A stretch of DNA of 64,000 nucleotides, taken from the sequence record NC_054918.1; one strand, given 5' to 3'. This document shows, in pieces, positions 39,286-49,738 of this stretch (position 1 is the first letter of the stretch; the number at the start of each line of letters is the position of its first letter). The notes under the pieces were generated by a model. The model saw only the letters and a list, made by a program, of their open reading frames with translations, did not search any database and had not been told where the DNA came from. Origin of the DNA: Escherichia phage vB_EcoM_G4498. The position numbers and the translations under genes are program-made.

Positions 39286-40851
39286 ATGACTATCAAAACT
39301 AAAGCTGAACTTTTGAACAAATGGAAGCCATTACTGGAAGGTGAAGGTTTACCGGAAATTGCTAATAGCAAACAAGCGATTATCGCTAAAATCTTTGAAA
39401 ACCAGGAAAAAGATTTCCAGACAGCTCCGGAATATAAAGACGAAAAAATTGCTCAGGCATTCGGTTCTTTCTTAACAGAAGCTGAAATCGGTGGTGACCA
39501 CGGTTACAATGCTACCAACATCGCCGCAGGTCAGACTTCTGGCGCAGTAACTCAGATTGGCCCAGCTGTTATGGGTATGGTACGTCGTGCTATTCCTAAC
39601 CTGATTGCTTTCGATATTTGTGGTGTTCAGCCAATGAACAACCCGACTGGCCAGGTATTCGCGCTGCGCGCAGTATATGGTAAAGATCCAATCGCTTCCG
39701 GCGCTAAAGAAGCATTCCACCCAATGTATGGTCCAGATGCAATGTTCTCTGGTCAGGGTGCTGCTAAGAAATTCGCTGCTTTGAAAGCAAGTGATACTCT
39801 TGAAGTCGGAACTATTTACACTCACTTCTTCCAGGAAACTGGTACAGTATATCTGCAAGCTACAGCAGCTAAACAAATTGATTCAGGCGCATCTGACGCA
39901 GACAAATTAGATGCTGAAATTAAGAAACAAATGGAAGCTGGTGTACTGGTAGAAATCGCTGAAGGTATGGCTACTTCTATCGCTGAACTTCAGGAAGGTT
40001 TCAACGGTTCTACCGATAACCCATGGAATGAAATGGGCTTCCGTATCGATAAACAAGTTATCGAAGCTAAATCTCGTCAGCTGAAAGCTGCTTACTCTAT
40101 TGAATTAGCACAAGACCTTCGCGCTGTTCACGGTATGGATGCTGATGCTGAACTGTCTGGTATTCTGGCTACCGAAATTATGCTGGAAATCAACCGCGAA
40201 GTTGTTGATTGGATTAACTACTCCGCTCAGGTTGGTAAATCTGGTATGACCCTGACTCCGGGTTCTAAAGCTGGTGTATTTGACTTCCAGGACCCAATCG
40301 ATATTCGTGGTGCTCGCTGGGCAGGTGAATCCTTTAAAGCTCTGTTGTTCCAGATTGACAAAGAAGCAGTTGAAATTGCTCGTCAGACTGGTCGCGGCGA
40401 AGGTAACTTCATTATCGCTTCCCGTAACGTAGTTAACGTTCTGGCTTCAGTTGATACCGGCATTTCTTATGCTGCACAAGGTCTGGCTACTGGCTTTAAC
40501 ACTGATACTACCAAGTCAGTATTTGCTGGTGTTCTGGGTGGTAAATACCGTGTATATATCGACCAGTATGCTAAACAGGATTATTTCACCGTAGGTTATA
40601 AAGGTCCGAACGAAATGGATGCTGGTATTTACTATGCTCCATATGTAGCTCTGACTCCGCTGCGTGGTTCTGATCCGAAGAACTTCCAACCGGTAATGGG
40701 ATTCAAAACTCGTTACGGTATCGGTATCAACCCATTTGCAGAATCCGCTGCTCAGGCTCCGGCTTCTCGCATCCAGAGCGGTATGCCTTCTATTCTGAAT
40801 AGCCTTGGTAAAAACGCTTACTTCCGCCGTGTATATGTTAAAGGTATCTAA
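39286..40851 (+). CDS. 23: Major capsid protein gp23
   Basis: 521 aa; synteny; high-expression codon usage. Confidence 0.97.
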   Translation: MTIKTKAELLNKWKPLLEGEGLPEIANSKQAIIAKIFENQEKDFQTAPEYKDEKIAQAFGSFLTEAEIGGDHGYNATNIAAGQTSGAVTQIGPAVMGMVRRAIPNLIAFDICGVQPMNNPTGQVFALRAVYGKDPIASGAKEAFHPMYGPDAMFSGQGAAKKFAALKASDTLEVGTIYTHFFQETGTVYLQATAAKQIDSGASDADKLDAEIKKQMEAGVLVEIAEGMATSIAELQEGFNGSTDNPWNEMGFRIDKQVIEAKSRQLKAAYSIELAQDLRAVHGMDADAELSGILATEIMLEINREVVDWINYSAQVGKSGMTLTPGSKAGVFDFQDPIDIRGARWAGESFKALLFQIDKEAVEIARQTGRGEGNFIIASRNVVNVLASVDTGISYAAQGLATGFNTDTTKSVFAGVLGGKYRVYIDQYAKQDYFTVGYKGPNEMDAGIYYAPYVALTPLRGSDPKNFQPVMGFKTRYGIGINPFAESAAQAPASRIQSGMPSILNSLGKNAYFRRVYVKGI

Positions 40852-40866
40852 TCTTTGACGATTTAA

Positions 40867-40895
40867 GGGACCTTCGGGTCCCTTTAGTTGTTTTT
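40867..40895 (+). terminator. Intrinsic terminator after gene 23
   Basis: GGGACC-TTCG-GGTCCC hairpin followed by TTTAGTTGTTTTT. Confidence 0.7.
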
Positions 40896-40899
40896 ATGG

Positions 40900-40907
40900 T
40901 ATAAATA
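40900..40907 (+). promoter_or_regulatory. T4 late promoter TATAAATA (gene 24)
   Basis: exact TATAAATA about 28 nt upstream of the gene 24 ATG. Confidence 0.65.
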
Positions 40908-40934
40908 AATCATATAAACTGAAAGGAAAGCGCA

Positions 40935-42218
40935 ATGGCTAAAATCAACGAACTTCTGCGCGAATCAACCACAACGAATAGCAACTCAATCGGTCGCCCA
41001 AATCTCGTTGCTTTGACTCGCGCTACCACTAAATTAATATATTCTGACATTGTAGCAACGCAAAGAACTAATCAACCTGTTGCTGCTTTTTATGGTATCA
41101 AATACCTTAACCCGGATAACGAATTTACATTTAAAACTGGTGCTACTTACGCCGGCGAAGCTGGATATGTAGACCGAGAACAAATCACAGAATTAACAGA
41201 AGAGTCTAAATTAACTCTCAATAAGGGCGATTTATTCAAATATAATAATATCGTTTATAAAGTATTAGAAGATACACCATTTGCTGATATTGAAGAAAGC
41301 GATTTAGAATTAGCTCTTCAGATTGCAATTGTTCTTTTAAAGGTTCGTCTATTTTCTGACGCAGCGTCAACAAGCAAATTTGAAAGCTCTGATAGTGAAA
41401 TTGCGGATGCTAGATTCCAGATTAATAAATGGCAAACCGCAGTTAAATCTCGTAAACTTAAAACTGGTATCACAGTTGAATTAGCACAAGATTTAGAAGC
41501 AAATGGATTCGATGCTCCTAATTTCTTGGAAGATTTGCTTGCAACTGAAATGGCAGATGAAATCAATAAAGATATTCTGCAGTCTTTGATTACAGTGTCA
41601 AAACGCTATAAAGTTACAGGAATTACTGATACTGGATTCATCGATTTGAGTTATGCATCTGCACCTGAAGCTGGTCGTTCATTATACCGAATGGTATGTG
41701 AAATGGTTTCGCATATCCAAAAAGAATCAACTTATACAGCAACGTTCTGTGTTGCTTCAGCTCGTGCTGCTGCGATTCTTGCTGCATCAGGTTGGTTAAA
41801 ACATAAACCAGAAGATGATAAATATCTTTCACAAAATGCCTATGGGTTCTTAGCTAATGGTTTACCGCTTTATTGCGATACTAACAGCCCATTAGATTAT
41901 GTAATCGTTGGTGTAGTAGAAAATATCGGTGAAAAAGAAATTGTTGGATCAATTTTCTATGCTCCGTATACAGAAGGTCTTGACTTAGATGACCCTGAAC
42001 ATGTAGGTGCATTTAAAGTTGTAGTTGACCCAGAAAGTTTGCAGCCATCTATCGGTTTATTAGTTAGATATGCTTTATCAGCAAATCCTTACACTGTAGC
42101 AAAAGATGAAAAAGAAGCAAGAATAATTGATGGTGGAGACATGGATAAAATGGCGGGTCGTTCAGATTTGTCTGTTTTATTAGGTGTTAAGCTACCAAAA
42201 ATTATCGTTGATGAATAA
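40935..42218 (+). CDS. 24: Capsid vertex protein gp24
   Basis: 427 aa; synteny; paralog of gp23. Confidence 0.95.
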   Translation: MAKINELLRESTTTNSNSIGRPNLVALTRATTKLIYSDIVATQRTNQPVAAFYGIKYLNPDNEFTFKTGATYAGEAGYVDREQITELTEESKLTLNKGDLFKYNNIVYKVLEDTPFADIEESDLELALQIAIVLLKVRLFSDAASTSKFESSDSEIADARFQINKWQTAVKSRKLKTGITVELAQDLEANGFDAPNFLEDLLATEMADEINKDILQSLITVSKRYKVTGITDTGFIDLSYASAPEAGRSLYRMVCEMVSHIQKESTYTATFCVASARAAAILAASGWLKHKPEDDKYLSQNAYGFLANGLPLYCDTNSPLDYVIVGVVENIGEKEIVGSIFYAPYTEGLDLDDPEHVGAFKVVVDPESLQPSIGLLVRYALSANPYTVAKDEKEARIIDGGDMDKMAGRSDLSVLLGVKLPKIIVDE

Positions 42219-42224
42219 AACAAA

Positions 42225-42245
42225 GGGACCTTTCGGTCCCTTTTT
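42225..42245. terminator. Bidirectional intrinsic terminator between gene 24 (+) and rnlB (-)
   Basis: GGGACC-TTTC-GGTCCC hairpin flanked by T-runs on both strands. Confidence 0.7.
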
Positions 42246-42247
42246 AT

Positions 42248-43252
42248 TTAACTTACCAATTCAATCCAAGCCGGACGAAGTACATCTTGTACCATTTTAA
42301 CTAATTCCTTTTTAACCAAAGAAGGATTATCTGCTCGAGTTAGAGTAATACCTTCACGAGAAGTTTCTTCCAAAATATCTTGAACAGTTAGTCCCATCAC
42401 CTTTCCAAAATCCTTCGGACCAATTTCACCAATTTTAGAAATAACGTTATTTACTCGGTTCAGTGTAACGTAGCAAGCTAAAATTCCCACCAATTTGTTA
42501 TCAGCTTCTGATAGTTCAACTTTAGCTTTAATAGGCTTATCAGACTTTTTCTTTTCACTAAATTTGGAATTCTTGCATTTGATGGCTACACGATTTCCAT
42601 TATGAAGCCAAGAAGGATAACAAGGTTTCAATACATATCCTTCAGCGGTAAATACTTCGCCTTTGGCTTCAGCTTTCCAAACACATTTGTTAGCGTCAAC
42701 TAATCCAGCATGGTCTACTGTAAAATTATAATCTTGGACGACAGAATCTAAATCATTTGGCAATTTAATAAGTTCTTCAAATTTACCACGACCTAAAAGT
42801 GGAGCCATTTTAAATTTAAATGTATTACAAAATGATTCCATCATATAATCATCGACATAAGTCACATCACCACTTTCTGTAGTGACAATAATGTCAAATA
42901 CATAAAAATCTTTATCGCCATAATCGACATTCTTCTGAATGCCAGGTCCAGCGAATTCGCCAAAGACTTGATAAGATACAACCGCTGAGGTTTCCATAAT
43001 ATCTTGTACTGCTTTAATAGAATCTTCGTAATTCTTTAGAATAATTTCATACCCAAAGAAATCTTCAGCAGGAAGAATCGGTCCAGTACGTTTAGCGCAA
43101 GTTACTTTATCACGCTCAATAATCAATGAGAAATTTGTGCCGTGAATCTTTTCACGAGCTACCCACTCCCCACCAGTCAATCCCAAGCTATAAAGTTTTT
43201 CAATAAATTTAGAGTTGTAATGATTTTCAAGACTGCTATACTTTTTAAACAT
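42248..43252 (-). CDS. rnlB: RNA ligase 2 (Rnl2)
   Basis: 334 aa; nucleotidyltransferase lysine motif KIHGTN; synteny. Confidence 0.9.
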   Translation of the reverse strand: MFKKYSSLENHYNSKFIEKLYSLGLTGGEWVAREKIHGTNFSLIIERDKVTCAKRTGPILPAEDFFGYEIILKNYEDSIKAVQDIMETSAVVSYQVFGEFAGPGIQKNVDYGDKDFYVFDIIVTTESGDVTYVDDYMMESFCNTFKFKMAPLLGRGKFEELIKLPNDLDSVVQDYNFTVDHAGLVDANKCVWKAEAKGEVFTAEGYVLKPCYPSWLHNGNRVAIKCKNSKFSEKKKSDKPIKAKVELSEADNKLVGILACYVTLNRVNNVISKIGEIGPKDFGKVMGLTVQDILEETSREGITLTRADNPSLVKKELVKMVQDVLRPAWIELVS

Positions 43253-43261
43253 AATTAATCC

Positions 43262-43540
43262 TCAAAATGTAATTTCTAACCAATCACCATCACGCTGATC
43301 ACTATTGACTTTAAAGCTGAATCCTTCTTTTCTCAGCCAATCACCAATTTCTTCAGTAATCAATTTATCACGAGCAATACAATAATAACTAAAATGTGTT
43401 TTACCTTGTTCAGCTGCTTTATTAGCAAGTTCCGAAAAATCTTTAATAAAACACTCTAGCTTAAACTGTTTACTTTTAAGTGCTTTTTCGCGCAATTGAT
43501 TAGCAAAAGATTCATTTTCATAAAGATCATACTGTTCCAT
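43262..43540 (-). CDS. Hypothetical protein, 92 aa (24.2 position)
   Basis: ORF between rnlB and hoc. Confidence 0.65.
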   Translation of the reverse strand: MEQYDLYENESFANQLREKALKSKQFKLECFIKDFSELANKAAEQGKTHFSYYCIARDKLITEEIGDWLRKEGFSFKVNSDQRDGDWLEITF

Positions 43541-43742
43541 TTTTCACCTTTTTATTGATATGTCTTTTTCTATAGACGACTTTTTCTCGAGTTTCAAATT
43601 TATTTTTAGCAGTCATAGCTCGAGCCCATAATACAGCCACTTCTTTTGCCTGTAAGTTTAATTCACGAGCAATTTCAATGAATGACTTTCCAGACTCATG
43701 AAGAGTAAACACCACAACCTCAGTTCTCATAATCAATCTCAT
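43527..43742 (-). CDS. Hypothetical small basic protein, 71 aa (24.3 position)
   Basis: ORF; possible helix-turn-helix SFIEIARELNLQAKEV. Confidence 0.6.
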   Translation of the reverse strand: MRLIMRTEVVVFTLHESGKSFIEIARELNLQAKEVAVLWARAMTAKNKFETREKVVYRKRHINKKVKNGTV

Positions 43743-43810
43743 GTTATCGAGTTGGTGCCATTATATACATCATTTTCTGATTGTGTTTTGTGTGCTTTCA
43801 AAATGAAGAA

Positions 43811-43826
43811 AGGGGCCGAAGCCCCT
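43811..43826 (-). terminator. Terminator after hoc (AGGGGC-CGAA-GCCCCT plus U-rich run)
   Basis: GC hairpin downstream of the hoc stop with T-rich run on the minus strand. Confidence 0.6.
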
Positions 43827-43831
43827 TATGA

Positions 43832-45250
43832 TTATGGATAGGTATAGATGATACCAGTTTCTAAAGCAGTTTTATGAATGATGTATCCATTACGCGATTC
43901 TTGAACATCAACTTCTGGATAGTCTTTCATCATCTTCTGAAGAGTGTAACGATGTAGGTAATATTTACTATCTGGGTCGTCAGTTTTCCAATCTTTACCT
44001 TCTTCGGTCATTTTTTGGATTTCATCCATAACCCACCAACCGCACCAGATATAAGCTGAAGTACGATGTGGAAGAGGATGAACATAAGGTAGTTCACCTT
44101 CTGGTTCTGGAGCAACTTTATCAGTTACCTGAACTTGACCTTCTGCTGTAATAGTTTTGCTATCGTAATCAGTTGCAGTAACGACAGCAGTAACTTCAAT
44201 AGTTTGACTTCCAACAGATGAGGTATCGACAGTATATACGTTAGTTGACCCTTCTACAGGAGAAGAATCTTTCTTCCATGAGTAAGTAATTTGTGCTTCT
44301 TCTGGAGCACCCGTAACATTAGCCGTAAATGTAGCCGAAGCATCTTGCTGAACATTAATAGAAGGAGGAGTCAATGTAACCTGTGGATTCATTGTCTTCT
44401 TATTAACTGTCAATGATACTTCATTAGAAGTAACTTCCTTTTCATTGTAATTTTCAGCAGTTACTTGGGCTACGCATTTAATTCTTTTTACTCCACTTGT
44501 AGTTGGAGTATAGCTAAATGTAGAGTTAGTTTCTCCACCAACTTGTGAATCATCTACATACCACTGATACGTAGCAGACGCTCCATCAGGTTGAGAAGCT
44601 AAGGCAGCAGTAAATTGAACTGGGGTTCCGATTACTCCCGCTGGAGGACTATCAGGAGTTACTGCCAAAGTAGTTGTCTGCGTCTTTTTATTAACAGTCA
44701 GTGACACTTCATTGGAAGTAACTTCCTTTGTATCATAATCTGTCGCGGTTACTTGAGCTACGCACTTAATTGTTTTAACTCCGCTTGCGTCAGGAGTGTA
44801 ATTGAATGTAGTGCTAGTTGCTTCGCCCACAGGAGAACCGTCAACGTACCATTGATACGTAGCGTTTGCACCTGATGGCTGTGAAGCTAAGGCAGCGGTA
44901 AATTCAATTGGAGTTCCAATCACTCCAGCATCAGGGCTACCAGGAGTTACTGCCAAAGTAGTTGTTTGTGTCTTATTTTGAACTGTGATAGTTGTACTAA
45001 TTTCAGCTGTTTCAGGTTCAGATTCTGCAACTTGATTGGTTGCAACTACTTTAATAGTCTTTTGACCGGCAGGTCCTTTTAGTACATAACTAAAAGTTGC
45101 TGACGTTTCTTCCTGTGGAGCGTCGTCTACAGTCCAAGCATATGTAATAGTTCCGCCTCCAGTTTCACCACTGGGTGTAGCAGTAAACTGCTTAGTTTCA
45201 TCAATAACCCCTGTCGGTGTTTTAGGAGTTATATCAACTGTAAAAGTCAT
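43832..45250 (-). CDS. hoc: Highly immunogenic outer capsid protein Hoc, four Ig-like domains
   Basis: 472 aa; repeated about 96-aa Ig-like units plus C-terminal capsid-binding region; position between 24.3 and inh. Confidence 0.88.
   Translation of the reverse strand: MTFTVDITPKTPTGVIDETKQFTATPSGETGGGTITYAWTVDDAPQEETSATFSYVLKGPAGQKTIKVVATNQVAESEPETAEISTTITVQNKTQTTTLAVTPGSPDAGVIGTPIEFTAALASQPSGANATYQWYVDGSPVGEATSTTFNYTPDASGVKTIKCVAQVTATDYDTKEVTSNEVSLTVNKKTQTTTLAVTPDSPPAGVIGTPVQFTAALASQPDGASATYQWYVDDSQVGGETNSTFSYTPTTSGVKRIKCVAQVTAENYNEKEVTSNEVSLTVNKKTMNPQVTLTPPSINVQQDASATFTANVTGAPEEAQITYSWKKDSSPVEGSTNVYTVDTSSVGSQTIEVTAVVTATDYDSKTITAEGQVQVTDKVAPEPEGELPYVHPLPHRTSAYIWCGWWVMDEIQKMTEEGKDWKTDDPDSKYYLHRYTLQKMMKDYPEVDVQESRNGYIIHKTALETGIIYTYP
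44399..44974 (-). repeat. Tandem in-frame duplication of an Ig-like domain unit in hoc (two units of 288 bp)
   Basis: protein residues about 93-188 and 189-284 both read QTTTLAVTP...SNEVSLTVNKKT with roughly 85 percent identity. Confidence 0.75.
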
Positions 45251-45259
45251 AAGTTATCC

Positions 45260-45940
45260 TTATTTTAATGTTACGAAAGAAGAGTTGCGTGTTTCACGAA
45301 TTAGAACTGATCCGTCACGGTTAATGTAATAAATTAAGCTAAATAAAGTTTGGTGTGCTGACGCATGTTCAAAACTAGTTGGGTGAGATTTCCAATCAGG
45401 AGTTTCAGCAATCCATTGATAAATCCACCAAGGAACAGTACAGAATCCTGGATTTTTTCCAATCAACTGAAGATTCGGGCTAAAGTTTTCCGGAAGAGTA
45501 AATACAGACGGCTTTTCAGATTCAATAATCTCAGCTACAGCCTGTTCAAATTTTTCTTCAACAAATGGAGTATCTTCAATCAAAACATCGGTATTTTCAG
45601 GAATTTTATCTGTTTCTACTACTTCAATTTTAATGTCAGATTTAACCGGAGAATCAATCAAAAGTGCTGCTTCTGGATTGACTTCTTCATCGTCATATTT
45701 TAACCCCTCTGCAGCATCAGCAGCATCAATTAAGTCTTTAATAGATAACCCATCAGTCTCCGGCATAGGTTCACTAGCGAGCTTCTGGAGAGCTTCTTCA
45801 ATATCATTAACGATATTATCAAAAGATTTATTCTTTTTGACCTTTATACCAAACTGTTCAGCATATTCAGCTAATTTAGCTTTAGCTTCTTTATTATCAT
45901 CAAGAGCCTTCAGCTCTGCAATATAATCTTTATCTATCAT
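45260..45940 (-). CDS. inh: Inhibitor of prohead protease (Inh)
   Basis: 226 aa; synteny hoc-inh-uvsW. Confidence 0.85.
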   Translation of the reverse strand: MIDKDYIAELKALDDNKEAKAKLAEYAEQFGIKVKKNKSFDNIVNDIEEALQKLASEPMPETDGLSIKDLIDAADAAEGLKYDDEEVNPEAALLIDSPVKSDIKIEVVETDKIPENTDVLIEDTPFVEEKFEQAVAEIIESEKPSVFTLPENFSPNLQLIGKNPGFCTVPWWIYQWIAETPDWKSHPTSFEHASAHQTLFSLIYYINRDGSVLIRETRNSSFVTLK

Positions 45941-45953
45941 AATATTTCCTCAG

Positions 45954-45961
45954 TATAAATA
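45954..45961 (+). promoter_or_regulatory. T4 late promoter TATAAATA (uvsW)
   Basis: exact TATAAATA 30 nt upstream of the uvsW ATG. Confidence 0.6.
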
Positions 45962-45990
45962 TAGATATATTTATTACATGGTATTTAGAC

Positions 45991-47502
45991 ATGACTGACA
46001 TTAAAGTACATTTTTATGATTTTAGTCACGTGAGAATTGATTGCGAAGAAAGTACATTTCATGAACTCCGTGATTTCTTTAGCTTTGAAGCTGATGGGTA
46101 TCGTTTTAATCCGAAGTACAAATATGGCCACTGGGATGGACGAATTCGTCTTTTAGATTATAATCGCCTTCTTCCATTCGGTTTAGTCGGGCAAATTAAA
46201 AAGTTCTGCGATAACTTTGGCTATAAAGCCTGGATTGACCCACAGATTAACGAAAAAGAAGAATTATCAAGAAAAGATTTTGATGAATGGCTTTCTAAAT
46301 TAGAAATCTATTCAGGAAATAAAAGAATTGAACCGCATTGGTATCAAAAAGATGCAGTGTTCGAAGGATTAGTTAATCGTCGTAGAATTCTTAATCTTCC
46401 AACATCCGCTGGTAAATCGTTAATTCAAGCTTTGCTTGCGCGATATTATTTGGAAAATTATGAAGGTAAAATTCTTATCATTGTTCCAACAACTGCTCTA
46501 ACAACTCAGATGGCTGATGACTTCGTTGACTATCGTTTATTCAGTCATGCAATGATAAAGAAAATTGGTGGCGGAGCATCAAAAGATGATAAATATAAAA
46601 ATGATGCACCAGTCGTTGTTGGTACATGGCAAACTGTAGTAAAACAACCGAAAGAATGGTTCTCACAGTTTGGAATGATGATGAATGATGAATGCCATCT
46701 TGCTACAGGAAAAAGTATTTCATCTATCATATCAGGTTTAAATAACTGCATGTTCAAATTTGGTCTATCTGGTTCATTACGTGATGGCAAAGCCAATATC
46801 ATGCAGTATGTTGGAATGTTTGGTGAAATATTTAAGCCAGTAACGACTTCTAAGTTAATGGAAGATGGACAAGTAACTGAGCTAAAAATTAATAGTATTT
46901 TTCTTCGCTATCCCGATGAGTTCACTACTAAATTAAAGGGAAAAACTTATCAAGAAGAAATAAAAATTATTACGGGGCTTAGTAAAAGAAATAAATGGAT
47001 CGCTAAATTGGCTATTAAGCTTGCACAAAAAGATGAAAACGCTTTTGTCATGTTTAAACATGTATCACATGGTAAAGCTATTTTCGATTTAATTAAAAAT
47101 GAATACGATAAAGTTTATTACGTATCAGGGGAAGTTGATACCGAAACCCGCAATATAATGAAAACCTTAGCTGAAAATGGTAAAGGAATAATTATAGTAG
47201 CTAGTTATGGTGTATTTTCTACTGGTATTTCAGTTAAAAATCTGCATCACGTTGTTTTAGCGCACGGTGTTAAATCAAAAATCATTGTATTACAAACAAT
47301 CGGTCGTGTATTACGTAAGCATGGTTCTAAAACAATCGCAACAGTCTGGGACCTCATAGATGACTGTGGTGTCAAGCCAAAATCTGCTAATACTAAAAAG
47401 AAATATGTTCACTTGAACTATCTTTTAAAACACGGCATTGATCGTATTCAGCGCTACGCAGATGAAAAATTTAATTACGTAATGAAAACAGTTAATTTAT
47501 AA
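45991..47502 (+). CDS. uvsW: UvsW RNA-DNA and DNA-DNA helicase
   Basis: 503 aa; helicase motif I PTSAGKS and DECH box. Confidence 0.95.
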   Translation: MTDIKVHFYDFSHVRIDCEESTFHELRDFFSFEADGYRFNPKYKYGHWDGRIRLLDYNRLLPFGLVGQIKKFCDNFGYKAWIDPQINEKEELSRKDFDEWLSKLEIYSGNKRIEPHWYQKDAVFEGLVNRRRILNLPTSAGKSLIQALLARYYLENYEGKILIIVPTTALTTQMADDFVDYRLFSHAMIKKIGGGASKDDKYKNDAPVVVGTWQTVVKQPKEWFSQFGMMMNDECHLATGKSISSIISGLNNCMFKFGLSGSLRDGKANIMQYVGMFGEIFKPVTTSKLMEDGQVTELKINSIFLRYPDEFTTKLKGKTYQEEIKIITGLSKRNKWIAKLAIKLAQKDENAFVMFKHVSHGKAIFDLIKNEYDKVYYVSGEVDTETRNIMKTLAENGKGIIIVASYGVFSTGISVKNLHHVVLAHGVKSKIIVLQTIGRVLRKHGSKTIATVWDLIDDCGVKPKSANTKKKYVHLNYLLKHGIDRIQRYADEKFNYVMKTVNL

Positions 47503-47527
47503 GGGCTTCGGCCCTTTGGAGAAAAAG

Positions 47528-47758
47528 ATGTTACTAGAATTTAAACAATTTCTTTATGAAGCTTCTATTGATGAATTTATGGGTAAAATTGCCTCTTGTC
47601 AAACATTAGAAGGTTTAGAAGAACTTGAAGCTTATTATAAGAAAAGAGTTAAAGAAACTGAATTAAAAGATACTGATGACATCTCAGTCAGAGATGCTTT
47701 GGCAGGAAAAAGAGCTGAATTAGAAGATTCAGACGATGAAGTAGAAGAAAGCTTTTAA
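47528..47758 (+). CDS. uvsW.1: UvsW.1 small acidic protein
   Basis: 76 aa from ATG 47528 with GGAG RBS; track start at 47516 is TTG. Confidence 0.8.
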   Translation: MLLEFKQFLYEASIDEFMGKIASCQTLEGLEELEAYYKKRVKETELKDTDDISVRDALAGKRAELEDSDDEVEESF

Positions 47759-47813
47759 ATTAAAAAAGGCCCAACCAAAAAGGAAGGGCCAAAACTATAG
47801 ACTAAAGGTCACA

Positions 47814-47981
47814 CTATAGCAAAAGTTGGGTTTCATTTAATTGTTCTTCCGAACTTTCTGAAACTGGTAGTTCTTTAATGTAATTATAGCAAGGCCCAGG
47901 ATGTACAGGACCTTTGTCTGTTTCAACAACCAATGCAGAATCGATTGGAGTTTTACAGACAACACAAATCTTATCTGACAT
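47814..47981 (-). CDS. uvsY.-2: Small Cys-rich protein, 55 aa (uvsY.-2 position; below track cutoff)
   Basis: my rc translation MSDKICVVCKTPIDSALVVETDKGPVHPGPCYNYIKELPVSESSEEQLNETQLLL; late promoter upstream. Confidence 0.55.
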   Translation of the reverse strand: MSDKICVVCKTPIDSALVVETDKGPVHPGPCYNYIKELPVSESSEEQLNETQLLL

Positions 47982-48006
47982 GATTGTCTCCTCTGAATTA
48001 TATATC

Positions 48007-48014
48007 TATTTATA
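48007..48014 (-). promoter_or_regulatory. T4 late promoter TATAAATA on minus strand (uvsY.-2)
   Basis: plus-strand TATTTATA about 26 nt upstream of the ATG at 47981. Confidence 0.55.
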
Positions 48015-48234
48015 CAACTCTCATATGCATATCAATGCCCATATCTTTAGAATAAAAATATTCATCAAGATATCCGGCAAATTTTCCTTTAATATAAAGA
48101 ACATCTTCACCGCACGGGTGGTCGGCCAGGATACGAATATCCTGACGCTTAAGATTATGCTTTTTCATTAAGAATTGAATTTCCGTTTCAAATTCTTCTT
48201 CATAATTAAAAGCATCATCAATGTTATATCTCAT
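48010..48234 (-). CDS. uvsY.-1: Hypothetical protein, 74 aa (uvsY.-1 position)
   Basis: ORF; TAATG overlap with the uvsY stop. Confidence 0.7.
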   Translation of the reverse strand: MRYNIDDAFNYEEEFETEIQFLMKKHNLKRQDIRILADHPCGEDVLYIKGKFAGYLDEYFYSKDMGIDMHMRVV

Positions 48235-48647
48235 TATTTTCCAGCCTCAAATGCTCGCATGTCTTGAATATGCTTAATAGCAAATCCACGTGATTTAATA
48301 GCATCAAGAGCTCCGCTACAGAAATCTAATAAAATCCCCCAATACTGTAACGAGGTATCAACCTTTAAAACATCCTTATCAGCTGATAGAACTGTCTTCA
48401 TTTCTGATTTCTCGTAACGATCCATACTAAATTCATCACCATCTCCTCGTCCCGAGTAGTAGTCTAATTTAGCTTTAAGAGCAACTTTTTTCTGTGCTTC
48501 AATTCTAAGCATTTCCTTTTTAATACTTGAATGCTTATTAAGCCATTTACTATATAACATCACATTATTAGCTGCTTCATACTGTAATTTAGTCGAATCT
48601 ATAAACACATCTTTCTTCAATTCTTCTTGAAGATCTTCTAATCTCAT
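48234..48647 (-). CDS. uvsY: UvsY recombination mediator protein
   Basis: 137 aa; synteny next to gene 25. Confidence 0.92.
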   Translation of the reverse strand: MRLEDLQEELKKDVFIDSTKLQYEAANNVMLYSKWLNKHSSIKKEMLRIEAQKKVALKAKLDYYSGRGDGDEFSMDRYEKSEMKTVLSADKDVLKVDTSLQYWGILLDFCSGALDAIKSRGFAIKHIQDMRAFEAGK

Positions 48648-48713
48648 ATTGTTCTCTATTCAATTGTTATTGGATGGACTTAGATTCATTATACCACGTT
48701 TATACGTGAAGCA

Positions 48714-49112
48714 TTATACTCTATTACTGGAAGCCAGTTGTAGTTTTATCTGCTCAATATCATCAGGGTTATCGATGACTGAAAAGCGTATTTCTACTAT
48801 CAAAGTATAATCATCATAAACCGGTATTACATTAACTGCTAATTTATCAATACGTGGCTCATAGTTTCTTACTGCGCTTTCGATATTACGCTCAACCGTG
48901 TCAGCAGTAAGAGGAGTCATATTCTCAAAAAGTTGGTCAGATAAATCGCATCCAAATTCAGGGTCAAACGGTCTTGAACCTTTTCTTGTTGTAATAATTC
49001 CTAAAAGACTATTTTTAATTGACCTTAATCCAAGTGATCTTGAAACGTCTTTGTTCCAATCCATTTTCATCTCTGGGTCAATATCAGAATAAAGCTTATT
49101 AATATTTGCCAT
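48714..49112 (-). CDS. 25: Baseplate wedge protein gp25
   Basis: 132 aa; synteny; TAATG overlap with gene 26. Confidence 0.92.
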   Translation of the reverse strand: MANINKLYSDIDPEMKMDWNKDVSRSLGLRSIKNSLLGIITTRKGSRPFDPEFGCDLSDQLFENMTPLTADTVERNIESAVRNYEPRIDKLAVNVIPVYDDYTLIVEIRFSVIDNPDDIEQIKLQLASSNRV

Positions 49113-49738
49113 TACAATAGCTCAAAGAATTCTTTGAGTCCTCTTATTACATGAGCGTGAGTTTTTCCACACTCTGGACATTTAATTGGAACAGCCAAAT
49201 AAACAGTAGGCTTTAAAAGCATATCTTTTATAGCTACAATATCTGACTCTGTGATGATAGAATATAAATCTTCTAGTTCCTTTTCATTTAAGTCTTCAAC
49301 TGGAATGCTTTCCCCGTTAGCATGAATCGTTTCTATACATGATACTATCATGTGGGCTATATTTTTATCATCAAAAATTTTAGGGTATCGGAATTTAATT
49401 TTAATGTCACCCAGTGTATACCAAAGGTCTTCTGGTGCATCTATTTGTGTATGTAATAGATTTATATGGGTTGGTATTTCAGTTCCGCAGGTGCACTTCC
49501 AGGAGTTTTCGTGATTAACTTCTCCAAGAGAATGCGCCCATAAATGAATCAACAATAGTTCTGATTCTTGGCGATTTAAATCTTTTGCATTTGTGCAGTC
49601 TTTGATTAGCTTTTTAACAATTACTTCTACAGAACCATTATTTTTGGCAGTAATAAGTTCTAGATATTCTTTAAGAGTAAATGCGCGACAGTTGATTATT
49701 TTAGAACCAACTCTCACATCAAATTTGTATTCATACAT
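49112..49738 (-). CDS. 26: Baseplate hub protein gp26
   Basis: 208 aa; synteny. Confidence 0.9.
   Translation of the reverse strand: MYEYKFDVRVGSKIINCRAFTLKEYLELITAKNNGSVEVIVKKLIKDCTNAKDLNRQESELLLIHLWAHSLGEVNHENSWKCTCGTEIPTHINLLHTQIDAPEDLWYTLGDIKIKFRYPKIFDDKNIAHMIVSCIETIHANGESIPVEDLNEKELEDLYSIITESDIVAIKDMLLKPTVYLAVPIKCPECGKTHAHVIRGLKEFFELL

Noticed and set aside
38619-39876. Minus-strand ORFs 38619..38963 and 39472..39876
   Set aside because: Embedded antisense within scaffold gene 22 and major capsid gene 23, which are strongly supported.
45365-45926. Plus-strand ORFs 45365..45703 and 45633..45926
   Set aside because: Antisense within inh; low-complexity translations.
47759-47813. Possible hairpin terminator between uvsW.1 and uvsY.-2
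   Set aside because: Only a 5-bp stem with a 13-nt loop; too weak to call.
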